64,000 bases of DNA. It comes from an uncultured Acidobacteriota bacterium (GTDB taxonomy: Bacteria; Acidobacteriota; Thermoanaerobaculia; Multivoradales; JBCCEF01). Location of the stretch: positions 1,519,753 to 1,583,752 of the forward strand of contig CAWJJM010000012.1 of assembly GCA_963843275.1 (NCBI GenBank), written 5' to 3'. Positions within the stretch are counted from its first letter, which is position 1; each line of letters opens with the position of its first letter. A program made the translations under genes and the position numbers. The notes under the pieces were generated by a model that had not been told where the DNA came from, did no database searches, and was given only the letters and a program-made list of their open reading frames with translations. This document shows positions 53,791 through 62,569 of this stretch, piece after piece.

Positions 53791-55603
53791 GTGGCACAGA
53801 CCGCTCCGCCGATCCGAGAACGGACACCGTGGACCGCCGGCCGGCGCTCGGCTATCCTCGGCAGCGCTCGTGCCCGTCTCTGCGATCGCTCCACGACCCG
53901 AGCGGATCCGACGGATCTCCGCGTTGGGGGGTGTGCGACGCTCGGCGCCTGCGGCGGGAGCGGACCGTCCGCGGGCGCCGCGGCGGGGCGTCTCCCTCCC
54001 GTCGCCCCGCCGCCGGAGGCCCGCTTCCACTTCGTCGACGTCGCCGCCGCGGCCGGGCTCACCTCCCCCACCTGGTGCGGGCGGCCGGAGAAGCCGCACA
54101 TCCTCGAGTCGGGCGGCAGCGGGCTGGGGCTGGTCGACGTCGACGGGGACGGCGACCTCGACCTCTACCTGGTCGACGCCTGGCGGCTGGAGGGGAGCCG
54201 CGTCGTCGAGCGGGGGCGCAACCGCCTCTACCGCAACCGGGGCGACGGCTCGTTCGAGGACGTGACCGACGCCGCCGGGGTGGGTGACGACGGCTGGGGC
54301 GACGGGGTGGCGGTGGGCGACGCCGACGGCGACGGGCGGCCGGACCTCTTCGTCAGTAACTTCGGCCCCGACGTCCTCTACCTCAACCGCGGCGACGGCA
54401 CCTTCGAGCGCCGCGTCTCGGGCACCCCCGGCGTGCCCGGCTTCGACGGCTGGTCGACCGGCGCCGTCTTCTTCGACGCCGACGGCGACGGCGACGAGGA
54501 CCTCTTCGTCGCCGGCTACATCGACGCCACCATGGACGACGTCCTCGGCGCCGCCTTCGGCCTCGACTGGCAGGGGCTGCGGGTGATGCTGGGGCCGTTC
54601 GGACTCGAGGGCGAGGCCAACCGCTACTTCGAGAACGAGGGGGGCGGCCGCTTCCGCGACGCCACCGGCGAAGCGGGCCTGACCGACGTCGGCCGCTACT
54701 ACAGCTTCGGCGTGGCGGCCCTCGACGTCGACGGCGACCTCGACCTCGACCTCTACGTCGCCAACGACTCGAACCCCAACTACCTCTACCAGAACGACGG
54801 CCACGGCCACTTCACCGAGGTCGGCCTGTGGAGCGGCGCGGCGCTCGACCGCGAGGGCAACGCCCAGGGCGGCATGGGGCTCGCCGCCGGCGACGCCGAC
54901 GGCGACGGCGATCCCGAGCTGCTGGTCACCAACTTCTGGGAGGACGCCTCGACCCTCTACGACAACCAGGGCGACGCCCTCTTCGCCGACGTCACCATGG
55001 AGACCCGCCTCCACGATCCCACCTACTGGCCGCTCTCCTGGGGCGCCACGCTGGCCGACCTCGACCTCGACGGCGACCTCGACCTGGTGATCGCCGACGG
55101 CCACATCTACCCCCAGGCCGACCGGGCCCCCGAGTCCGCCCACACCTCCTTCCGCCAGCCCAACCTCCTGCTCGAGGCCGAGGCCACCCCGGCCGGCCTG
55201 CGCTACCGCGACGCCACCGCCGAGGCCGGCCCCGGGCTTCGCGGTGGTCGAGTCGAGCCGCGGCCTCGCCGTGGGCGACCTCGACGGCGACGGCGACCTC
55301 GACCTCGTCTTCTCCAACGTCGACGCCCCGCCCACCTACGCTCGCAACGACACCCCGCGGCGCGGGAGCTGGCTGCTCGTCGACGCCCCGGGAGCGGTGC
55401 GGGTGGAGGTGGCGGCGGGCGGCCGCCGCTGGGTGCGCCCGCGGGTCGTCGGCGGCTCCTACCTGTCGGCCTCCGATCCCCGCTTCCACTTCGGGCTGGG
55501 GAAGGTCGACCGCGTCGACGAGGTGGTGGCGGTGTGGGGGGACGGGACGCGCCGGCGGGTGGTGCCGGGGGGCGTCGACCGGCTGGTGCGGATCGGGCGC
55601 TGA
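53791..55603 (+). pseudogene. FG-GAP/VCBS-repeat protein with ASPIC/UnbV-type C-terminus (CRTAC1-like), frameshifted at ~55228-55240 and probably in a G6 run at 53925-53930
   Basis: Repeats 'DVDGDGDLDLYLV', 'GDADGDGRPDLFVSNF', 'FDADGDGDEDLFVAGY', 'LDVDGDLDLDLYVAND', 'GDADGDGDPELLVTNF' and 'DLDLDGDLDLVIADG' lie in ORF 53791..55926. The protein then continues as 'GFAVVESSRGLAVGDLDGDGDLDLVFSN...GGSYLSASDPRFHFGLG' in ORF 55244..55603. A lipobox 'LGACGG' is present but the start is unresolved. Confidence 0.75.
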
Positions 55604-55624
55604 GGAGTGCCGCCGCCGCCCGCC

Positions 55625-56077
55625 TCAGGGGTCTGACGCGGTCCCGCCGACGAGCGGGTTGCGGACGACGACGTCCGGGAAGCGGCCGAAGTCGCGGTCG
55701 GCGCTCCACAGCTCGCGCACGCCGTGGGACCGGCACAGAGCGGCGATCCGGGCATCGTGCACCGCACCGCCGACGACACGCCCCGCGCGCACGAGGGCGC
55801 TCAGCGTCGGCCAGTGGTCGTGCGCCTCCGCGAGGAGCGCCAGCGACGGCGACTCCAGCCAGGCGTCGACCTGCTCGAGCGCCTCGGCGGGTGGAGTGGG
55901 GGGATCGTAGATCCGCGGGTGCGTGACGATGGCCAGGAACTCGTGGAGGCAGGGCCAGGGGATCGCCCACGCCGCCCGCCCCTCGGCGAGCCGACGGACC
56001 GTCGCGGCCGCCGCATCGTGCCAGCCGGAGTCGGCCCGGTGCGCGTAGACGAGCAGGTTGGTGTCGACCGCGATCAT
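55625..56077 (-). CDS. vapC: PIN-domain toxin VapC
   Basis: 'MIAVDTNLLVYAH', 'LHEFLAIVT', 'VHDARIAALC' and 'SADRDFGRF' carry the four PIN acidic residues. The ATG overlaps the antitoxin stop (ATGA). Confidence 0.85.
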   Translation of the reverse strand: MIAVDTNLLVYAHRADSGWHDAAAATVRRLAEGRAAWAIPWPCLHEFLAIVTHPRIYDPPTPPAEALEQVDAWLESPSLALLAEAHDHWPTLSALVRAGRVVGGAVHDARIAALCRSHGVRELWSADRDFGRFPDVVVRNPLVGGTASDP

Positions 56078-56331
56078 CCGCCCCGGTGCCCGTAGGCCAG
56101 CTCGCGCAGCCGCTCCCAGGAGAGTCCCTGCGCCTCCGGCCGCAGACCCCGTCCCTGGAAGCTGGCGTCCCGGAGCCGGAACTCGTCGGTCTCGGCGCGC
56201 GCGCTGAGCTCTTTGCGCAGACCGGCTTCGACCAGCGCCTTGACCGTGGTCGAGCGCTCCGCCGCCACCCGCTTCGCCTCCGCCAACAGACTGTCCGGGA
56301 GGTCCATCGTGGTCTTCATATGGGTGACCAT
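56074..56331 (-). CDS. vapB: VapB-family antitoxin
   Basis: 'MKTTMDLPDSLLAEAKRVAAERSTTVKALVEAGLR' is the typical VapB-type N-terminus. The start is either ATG 56331 or ATG 56319. Confidence 0.8.
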   Translation of the reverse strand: MVTHMKTTMDLPDSLLAEAKRVAAERSTTVKALVEAGLRKELSARAETDEFRLRDASFQGRGLRPEAQGLSWERLRELAYGHRGG

Positions 56332-56344
56332 ATCATTCGACCCA

Positions 56345-56366
56345 TCTCTATTGCCTCTCTATTGCC
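56345..56366. repeat. Perfect 11-bp tandem direct repeat TCTCTATTGCC x2, directly upstream of the vapBC-2 start
   Basis: Read directly: 56345-56355 and 56356-56366 are identical. The repeat lies 14 nt from ATG 56331 on the minus strand. Confidence 0.9.
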
Positions 56367-56618
56367 AAGGATCCGCTCCGGTCGACGCGCCTCGGTACCG
56401 GGGAACGGAACGGGCCCGGCCGGACCTCTCCCCACGGATGCCTGGAGGCTCTTCCCGCGGAGCGGCCGTCTTCCGCCCGCCGTGCCGTGCCCGACTGGCG
56501 CGACGATTGCTCTCTCGCCCCTTTCAGAAGATCCTGTGAGGGACCCGCGGGCGGCACGGGTCACCCTGCGGAGACATCCGCGTCGCCGCACGGGGACGAG
56601 ACCCGAGGACGAGCGACC

Positions 56619-58100
56619 ATGATCACCTTCCTGACCCTGTTCCTCGGACTGGTGCGCGGGCCGGTGCCCGTGGAGGTGGCGGTGAGCGGCCCGGTGGCGG
56701 CGGTCGAGCTGCGGCTCGACGGCGCGCTGCTGGCGCGGAAGTCCGGGCCGCCGTGGCGGATCGAAACCGACTTCGGCGAGCACCTGCTCCCCCACGAGCT
56801 CGTCGCCGTCGCCCGCGACCGCTACGGCCGCGAGCTCGGCCGCGCCGTGCAGCGCATCAACATGCCCCGCGAGCCGGCCGAGGCGCGGATCGTCCTCGCG
56901 GCGGGCGCCGACGGCGCGCCGCGCTCGGCCCGCCTCGCCTGGCAGTCGATGAGGTACAGCGACCCGGCGCACGTCGAGGTGCGGGTGGACGGCAAGGTGG
57001 TGGAGCTGCCGCCCGGCGGCGCGATCCCGCTACCGCGAGGCGATGACGACCTCCTCCACTTCGTCGAGGCCCGGATCACCTTCCCCGACGGCGCCACCAC
57101 CCGCGCCGTCGCGGCCTACGGCGGCGAGTACGGTGACGAGACCTCGACCGAGCTGACCGCCGTCCCGCTGGTGGTCGACGACCCCAAAGCCCTGCGCCAC
57201 CTCGACGACGCCCGGGGCCTGGTGCGCACCGGTGGCCGGCCGAGCCGGGCCGTGGCGCTCGAGGGGCCGGCGGCGGACCTGCTGGTGGTGCCGTCGCCGC
57301 CCGCCGCCCACGAGCTCGAGCGCCTGACCCCGGCCTTCGTGCGCAGCCTGGGTGGCTGGGAGAAAGTCGTGGTGACCCGCTCCGAGGGCAAGCTCGTCCG
57401 CCGCACCCTCAGCGCCCAGCGCCCGCGCCTGGACACGCCGGGGGCGCGGGTCGGTCTGCGCCACGGCGACCAGCTCTTCATCGTGCCGCCCGTGGCGCGC
57501 CAGACGACCGCCGGCGAGCAGATCTACCACCTCTTCCCCGCCGAGCCCGTGCCGGAGAGCTGGCCCGGCGGCCTGGCCTGGAAGGTCGTCGGCCTCGACC
57601 TCTTCGCCGGCACCGACCCCGCCCGGATCCCTGACGGCGTCCAGCTCGCCTCCGCCACGGCGGTCGCCGGCCTGCGCGCCGCCGGCAGCGGCCGGCCTCG
57701 CGCCGTCCTCCTCCTGCTCGGCCCGGAGTGGCACCCCCAGCCCGACCTCCCCGCCGCCGAGGTCCGCGCCTACCTCGCCGCCCTCCACGTCCCCCTCTTC
57801 GTCTGGTACCTCGACGCCGCCGACGACATCCTCACCCGCGCCGACCGCCAGCTCGACGAGGCCCAGAGTGCTGCCAAACTCGGCCTTCCCCCGCCGCCCT
57901 CCCACGCCGCCGAGCTCGCCCGCACCCGCGCCGCCTGGGGCGAGGTCGTCGACATCGAGACCCCCGACGCCCTGGTCGCGGCGGCGCGGGAGCTGCGGCG
58001 GGAGGTGGCGCGGCAGCGGGTGGTGTGGGTGGAGGGGGCGTGGATGCCCGGGGAGGTGGGGGTGGCAGAGGGGCGGCCAGGCGTTCGGTTGGTCGAGTAG
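56619..58100 (+). CDS. Hypothetical protein with N-terminal hydrophobic anchor/signal
   Basis: ATG 56619 ('MITFLTLFLGLVRG') inside track ORF 56487..58100. Natural composition over 493 aa. I do not recognise a family. Confidence 0.7.
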   Translation: MITFLTLFLGLVRGPVPVEVAVSGPVAAVELRLDGALLARKSGPPWRIETDFGEHLLPHELVAVARDRYGRELGRAVQRINMPREPAEARIVLAAGADGAPRSARLAWQSMRYSDPAHVEVRVDGKVVELPPGGAIPLPRGDDDLLHFVEARITFPDGATTRAVAAYGGEYGDETSTELTAVPLVVDDPKALRHLDDARGLVRTGGRPSRAVALEGPAADLLVVPSPPAAHELERLTPAFVRSLGGWEKVVVTRSEGKLVRRTLSAQRPRLDTPGARVGLRHGDQLFIVPPVARQTTAGEQIYHLFPAEPVPESWPGGLAWKVVGLDLFAGTDPARIPDGVQLASATAVAGLRAAGSGRPRAVLLLLGPEWHPQPDLPAAEVRAYLAALHVPLFVWYLDAADDILTRADRQLDEAQSAAKLGLPPPPSHAAELARTRAAWGEVVDIETPDALVAAARELRREVARQRVVWVEGAWMPGEVGVAEGRPGVRLVE

Positions 58101-58158
58101 CGCTGCATCGGCGCCCGGGCTGCTACGCTCGTTTCCCGATTCCACAGGAGGCCCTCGA

Positions 58159-58539
58159 ATGGCGATCATCGGCGCCCACGCCCTGCTCTACACCTCCGAG
58201 CCCGAAGCGCTCCGCGCGGTGCTCCGCGACGCCTTCGGCTTCGCGCACGTCGACGCCGGCGACGGCTGGCTGATCTTCGCTCTGCCCCCGACCGAGCTCG
58301 GCGTCCACCCCGCCGAAGGGCCCACCTGGGCCTCCGGCACCCGCCACCAGCTCACCCTGATGTGCGACGACATCCACGCCACCGCCGCCGAGCTGCGGGC
58401 CAAGGGCGTCGAGATCGAGGGCGAGCCGGAGGACGAGGAGTGGGGCGTCACCGTGATGCTGCGCCTGCCCGGCCGGGTCGAGGTGATGCTCTACGAGCCC
58501 CGACACCCCAGCCCCCTCGCCGGGGTCGGGGAGAGCTGA
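58159..58539 (+). CDS. VOC-family (glyoxalase/bleomycin-resistance/dioxygenase fold) protein
   Basis: ATG 58159 behind 'AGGAGG'. The ~125-aa beta-alpha-beta-beta-beta pattern reads 'GAHALLYTSEPEALRAVLRDAFGF...GWLIFALPPTELGVHP'. Confidence 0.85.
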   Translation: MAIIGAHALLYTSEPEALRAVLRDAFGFAHVDAGDGWLIFALPPTELGVHPAEGPTWASGTRHQLTLMCDDIHATAAELRAKGVEIEGEPEDEEWGVTVMLRLPGRVEVMLYEPRHPSPLAGVGES

Positions 58540-58715
58540 AGAACCGGCTCACCCGAGGAGAGCATGCCCTTCGCAGCACTCCCCACGGACGTCACCGTCC
58601 CGACCGGCGCCTTCCCCGTCCCTGACCGCCCGGCGCCCGCCGCCAGCGCCCGGACGGCGCGGCCGCGGCGCGGCCGGGAGAGCGCCGCGCTCCCCGGACG
58701 GGCGGACGAGAGACC

Positions 58716-59909
58716 GTGACCGGGCCGCGGGTCGCGGTGGTCGGTGCCGGCGCCTTCGGCGGCTGGGCCGCGCTCGGCCTCGTGCGCCGCGGGGCGCGGG
58801 TGACCCTGATCGACGCCTGGGGCCCCGGCAACGCGCGCTCGAGCTCCGGCGGCGCCAGCCGCGTCCTGCGCGCCGTCTACGGGCGCGACCGCCTCTACGT
58901 CGAGATGGTCCGCCGCGCCCTCGAGCTGTGGCGCGACCTCGAGGCCGCGAGCGGCGAGCGCCTCTACGTCGGGACCGGCGCCCTGTGGATGCACCGGGCC
59001 GACGACGCCTACCTGCGCTCCGCGCTGCCGATCCTCGGCGAGCTCGGCTTCCCGGTCGACGAGCTGCCCGTCGCCGAGGCGGCGCGGCGCTACCCGCAGA
59101 TCGACTTCTCCGGCATCGGGTCGGTCTGGCTCGAGCGCCGGGCCGGGGTGCTGCGGGCGCGGCGGGCCTGCGCCCTGGTGCGCGACGCCCTGGTCGCCGC
59201 CGGCGGCACCTACCGGACCGGGCACGCCGTGCCGCCCGACGCCTCCGGCGGCGGCGCGCCCGGCCTGACGCTCGCCGACGGCACGACGCTGGCGGCCGAC
59301 GCCGTCGTCTTCGCCTGCGGGCCGTGGCTGGGCCGGCTCTTCCCCGACGTCGTCGGCGACCGCGTCCGCCCCACGCGCCAGGAGGTCTTCCACTTCGGCG
59401 TCCCCCCCGGCTCCGACCGCTTCGCCCCGGGCCGCTTCCCGGTGTGGCTCGACTTCGGCGAGCGCATCGTCTACGGCCTCCCCGACGTCGACGGCCGCGG
59501 CGTCAAGCTCGCCGACGACACCCGCGGCGCGCCCTTCGACCCCACCGCCGGCGACCGCACCCCGAGCCCCGAGGGCCTCGCCCGCGTGCGCCGGCTGCTC
59601 GCCCACCGCTTCCCGGAGCTCGCCGACGCCCCGCTCCTCGCCGCCCGCGTCTGCCAGTACGCCAACACCCCCGACGGCAACCTGCTCCTCGACCGCCACC
59701 CGGGCCTGCCAGACGTCTGGCTCGTCGGCGGCGGCTCCGGCCACGGCTTCAAGCTCTCCCCCGCCCTCGGCGAGCTGACCGCCGCCTGCGTCCTCGGCGA
59801 GAAGGAGCCGCCCGCGGCCTTCCGGCTCGAACGGGGCGCCGGAGGGGCGCGGAGGACGCAGTTCGAGGCGGGGGCGGCGGAGGGCGGGCTGGCGTCGCCG
59901 GGGGCGTAG
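58716..59909 (+). CDS. FAD-dependent oxidoreductase (DAO/sarcosine-oxidase-like)
   Basis: GTG start. Rossmann motif 'VAVVGAGAFGGWAALGLVRRGARVTLID'. C-terminal 'GGGSGHGFKLSPALGE'. Confidence 0.88.
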   Translation: MTGPRVAVVGAGAFGGWAALGLVRRGARVTLIDAWGPGNARSSSGGASRVLRAVYGRDRLYVEMVRRALELWRDLEAASGERLYVGTGALWMHRADDAYLRSALPILGELGFPVDELPVAEAARRYPQIDFSGIGSVWLERRAGVLRARRACALVRDALVAAGGTYRTGHAVPPDASGGGAPGLTLADGTTLAADAVVFACGPWLGRLFPDVVGDRVRPTRQEVFHFGVPPGSDRFAPGRFPVWLDFGERIVYGLPDVDGRGVKLADDTRGAPFDPTAGDRTPSPEGLARVRRLLAHRFPELADAPLLAARVCQYANTPDGNLLLDRHPGLPDVWLVGGGSGHGFKLSPALGELTAACVLGEKEPPAAFRLERGAGGARRTQFEAGAAEGGLASPGA

Positions 59910-60182
59910 CGACGGGGAACGGCCGGCCGAGGTCGGCCCTCCCTGGCCCGGCACTTCGACCGCGTCGCGCGGCTCTCCCCACGGCGGCCCCGGACGGCCG
60001 TCCCCGCGCTCGTCGCGGCCCCACCCGGCTCGCCGCCCCGCGATCCCGCTCCCCAGCAGCTCGTCGACCTCGAAGACGCCTCCGGTCCGCACCGATCCCC
60101 CCACATCGAAGCCTCGACGCGCCGAGATAGACTCCGCCGTCGACCACGCCGGCCCGCCGCGGGCCGGGAGTCGTTCCTCGCC

Positions 60183-61172
60183 ATGCCCACGCTGACCGAC
60201 GCGCTGGTCCGCGCCTACCACGGCCACCCGGCCGCCCGGGCCCTGCTCTTCCTCCCGGCGCGGCTGCACCGCCTGCTGCGCCAGCGGCCGTGGGAGTCGG
60301 ACCGCGCCTTCCTCCGCCGTACCTACCGCCGCGCGCACGGCGTCGCGCCGGACCTCGACCACCCGTCCACCTTCACCGAGAAGGTCGTCTGGCGGATGCT
60401 CCACGACCGCAACCCGCTCTTCCCCCCGTGCAGCGACAAGCTCGCGGTGCGCGACCGCGTGGCCGCCGCGGTCGGGAGCGAGTACCTCGTGCCGCTGGTG
60501 GCGGCGACCACCCGACCCGAGGAGCTCGTGGCGGAGCGGCTCCCTGCCCGCTTCGTGCTCAAGGCGACGCACGGCAGCGGCTGGGTCGAGGTGGTCGCGG
60601 ACCGCGAACGCTGGGACCGACCTCGGAGCCTCGCCCGGATGCGCCGCTGGCTGGCCACCGACTTCTCGCGCGAGAAGCGGGAGTGGCAGTACCGCTCGAT
60701 CCCGCCGCACATCGTGGTCGAGGAGATGCTGGTCGGCGCCGACGGCGAGCCACCCCTCGAGGTCCGCTCCCTGTGCTTCGACGGCGAGCCCCGCTTCCTG
60801 GAGGTGGTGGCCCGCGGGCACGTCCCGCCCCGGGTCGACTACTACGACACCGCCTGGAACCACTTCCCGGTGCGCCATGGCCTGCTGCCGATGGGCGGGC
60901 CGCGGCCGCGGCCCGCCCAGCTCGACGAGATCGTCGCCCTCGCCCGCCGTCTCTCGGCCGGCTTCGACTTCGTCCGCGTCGACCTCTACCTCTGCCGCGA
61001 CCGCGTCCACTTCGGCGAGCTCACCTTCACCCCCGGAGCCGCCTGGCGCGGCTTCCGCCCGAGCGAGTACGACGGGGTGTTCGGGGGGGCGTGGGTGTTG
61101 CCGGGGACGGGCTCTCAAGCCTCCAATGGCCTTCGGAAGATCCAGCCATCCGACTCGAGACCACCGCACTGA
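60183..61172 (+). CDS. ATP-grasp-fold amidoligase family protein (TupA-like)
   Basis: 'PSTFTEKVVWRMLHDRNPLF...DKLAVRDRV' and 'FVLKATHGSGW' match the TupA-like ATP-grasp pattern. Later 'VRVDLYLCRDRVHFGELTFTPG' follows. Confidence 0.8.
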   Translation: MPTLTDALVRAYHGHPAARALLFLPARLHRLLRQRPWESDRAFLRRTYRRAHGVAPDLDHPSTFTEKVVWRMLHDRNPLFPPCSDKLAVRDRVAAAVGSEYLVPLVAATTRPEELVAERLPARFVLKATHGSGWVEVVADRERWDRPRSLARMRRWLATDFSREKREWQYRSIPPHIVVEEMLVGADGEPPLEVRSLCFDGEPRFLEVVARGHVPPRVDYYDTAWNHFPVRHGLLPMGGPRPRPAQLDEIVALARRLSAGFDFVRVDLYLCRDRVHFGELTFTPGAAWRGFRPSEYDGVFGGAWVLPGTGSQASNGLRKIQPSDSRPPH

Positions 61173-61466
61173 CGCGCATTCGCGGTGGATCGAGGAAGGC
61201 GGCCGCGATGCACCTGCGGCGAGGCGTTCAGGTCCAGAGGTCCGAGTGGCGACGTCGGGGTGGACGCGAGGGGTCGAGGCGAGCGCTCCCCCGGCGATCG
61301 ACCCGTCGACTTCGCCGCCCGGCCGCGGGCCCACGCCCCGGACGGCCGATCCGGGCGTCGCGATCGAGCTCGGGCGAGGCCACGGTCGCTGTCGATCACG
61401 AACAGGTCGGACCGCTCCGCGATCCGGGGAGCGAGATGCGGCGACCGGGTTCGCCCCGCCCGGCGG

Positions 61467-62096
61467 TCACCGACACTCGAGCCGTCCGCTCACCTCCGGG
61501 GGCAGGTCTCGCAGCAGGTATTTCCTGGCCCGCCGGCTGCTGGAGCACACCATCTCCAGGGTCTCCAGGACCGCGGTGTCGAGGTCCGGTGGAAGCGTCG
61601 ACCGGCCGTCCCACAGGAGCCCGACGGTCTTGCCGGACGGCGCGCCGAACGAGAGCGAAAGGAGCGGTCCGTCGGGGCGCCAGTCGTCGTCGCCGGGCGG
61701 GCTCGCCAGGGCCAGCACATCGGTGTGTGAGGTGACCGTCCGGTCGAGAACGGGTCGCCAGGTGCGCGCCGCCGCACCGAGATCCTCCGGCGCCGCCCGC
61801 GGGCAGCTCTCGGGCCAGATGCCCGAGCCCGACACCGCCATCTTGCCCTTCCCGTCGACGGTGATCGTCGAGCCCCGCGCGAAGCGCTCCCACATCCCGA
61901 TGCCCGACCCGCCCTGTGGCTCCGGAGGCTGTTCGAGCGGTTCGGCATAGAGCGTCAGGGTGGCGAAGTGCTCCGGGCGCGAGGTCGCGAGGCCGAAGGT
62001 CGGGCCGATGCACGAGGGGGGGACGACGCAGGAGCTTCCCAGCAGAGCGACGGTCAGCACGGAGAGCGCCCTCGGCGCAGCTTCCCCGGTTCGCAT
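61467..62096 (-). CDS. Lipoprotein of unknown function
   Basis: Track ORF. 'ALSVLTVALLGSSC' is a signal peptide plus lipobox. Natural composition. Confidence 0.7.
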   Translation of the reverse strand: MRTGEAAPRALSVLTVALLGSSCVVPPSCIGPTFGLATSRPEHFATLTLYAEPLEQPPEPQGGSGIGMWERFARGSTITVDGKGKMAVSGSGIWPESCPRAAPEDLGAAARTWRPVLDRTVTSHTDVLALASPPGDDDWRPDGPLLSLSFGAPSGKTVGLLWDGRSTLPPDLDTAVLETLEMVCSSSRRARKYLLRDLPPEVSGRLECR

Positions 62097-62424
62097 GGCC
62101 CGACCCTACACCGGCGGCCCCGGCTCTCCCGTCGGGGAAGAAAGCGCGGCGCGTGGTCGAGACCGGAGCGTCGGCGCGGTGCCGGCGGGGACCACGGGCC
62201 TCACGGTCACCCTGACCCTCCACGTCGACACCGCCCCGGGCGGCGCCCTCGACGACGTCGCCTACACCATCGAGGCCGACGACGTGCCTCCGATCCCCGG
62301 CCCTCCGGTGCACAGCCCGGTCACCGACGCCGGCGCCGCACCGATCCCCGCGCTCTCCGACCTCGCCCTGGCGCTGCTCGCGCTGGCGCTGGCGGCGGGT
62401 GCGGTGCTGCGGCTGCGCCGGTGA
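62095..62424 (+). CDS. Short ORF ending in an IPTL-CTERM-like sorting signal, no N-terminal signal peptide (possible remnant)
   Basis: ATG 62095 shares the palindrome CATG with the divergent ATG 62096. The C-terminus 'APIPALSDLALALLALALAAGAVLRLRR' is close to the IPTL-CTERM consensus. The absence of a signal peptide makes a functional secreted protein doubtful. Confidence 0.45.
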   Translation: MARPYTGGPGSPVGEESAARGRDRSVGAVPAGTTGLTVTLTLHVDTAPGGALDDVAYTIEADDVPPIPGPPVHSPVTDAGAAPIPALSDLALALLALALAAGAVLRLRR

Positions 62425-62569
62425 GCGGGCGCTGAGGGAGGCTGCGGCGACGCGGCAGCCGCCGCCATCCCGGACTTCTGAAGCCGGCCGCGTTCGAGCG
62501 CTCGGGGTTTGCCGACCTCGAACCCGGCCGTCACCCCCCGCCGTCGCCGCCCTCCCCTCCGCTCGCCCC

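Noticed and set aside
53589-54101. 170-aa track ORF containing the Cys-rich C-terminus.
   Set aside because: As a 170-aa protein it is not credible. It is Arg/Pro/Gly-rich upstream, overlaps the ASPIC gene start region antisense, and has no SD. Only the last ~50 codons are discussed as a low-confidence finding.
61960-62094. N-terminal 45 codons of track ORF 61960..62424.
   Set aside because: They fully overlap the well-supported lipoprotein gene 61467..62096 on the opposite strand. The translation ('MAKCSGREVARPKVGPMHEGG...') shows no signal peptide.
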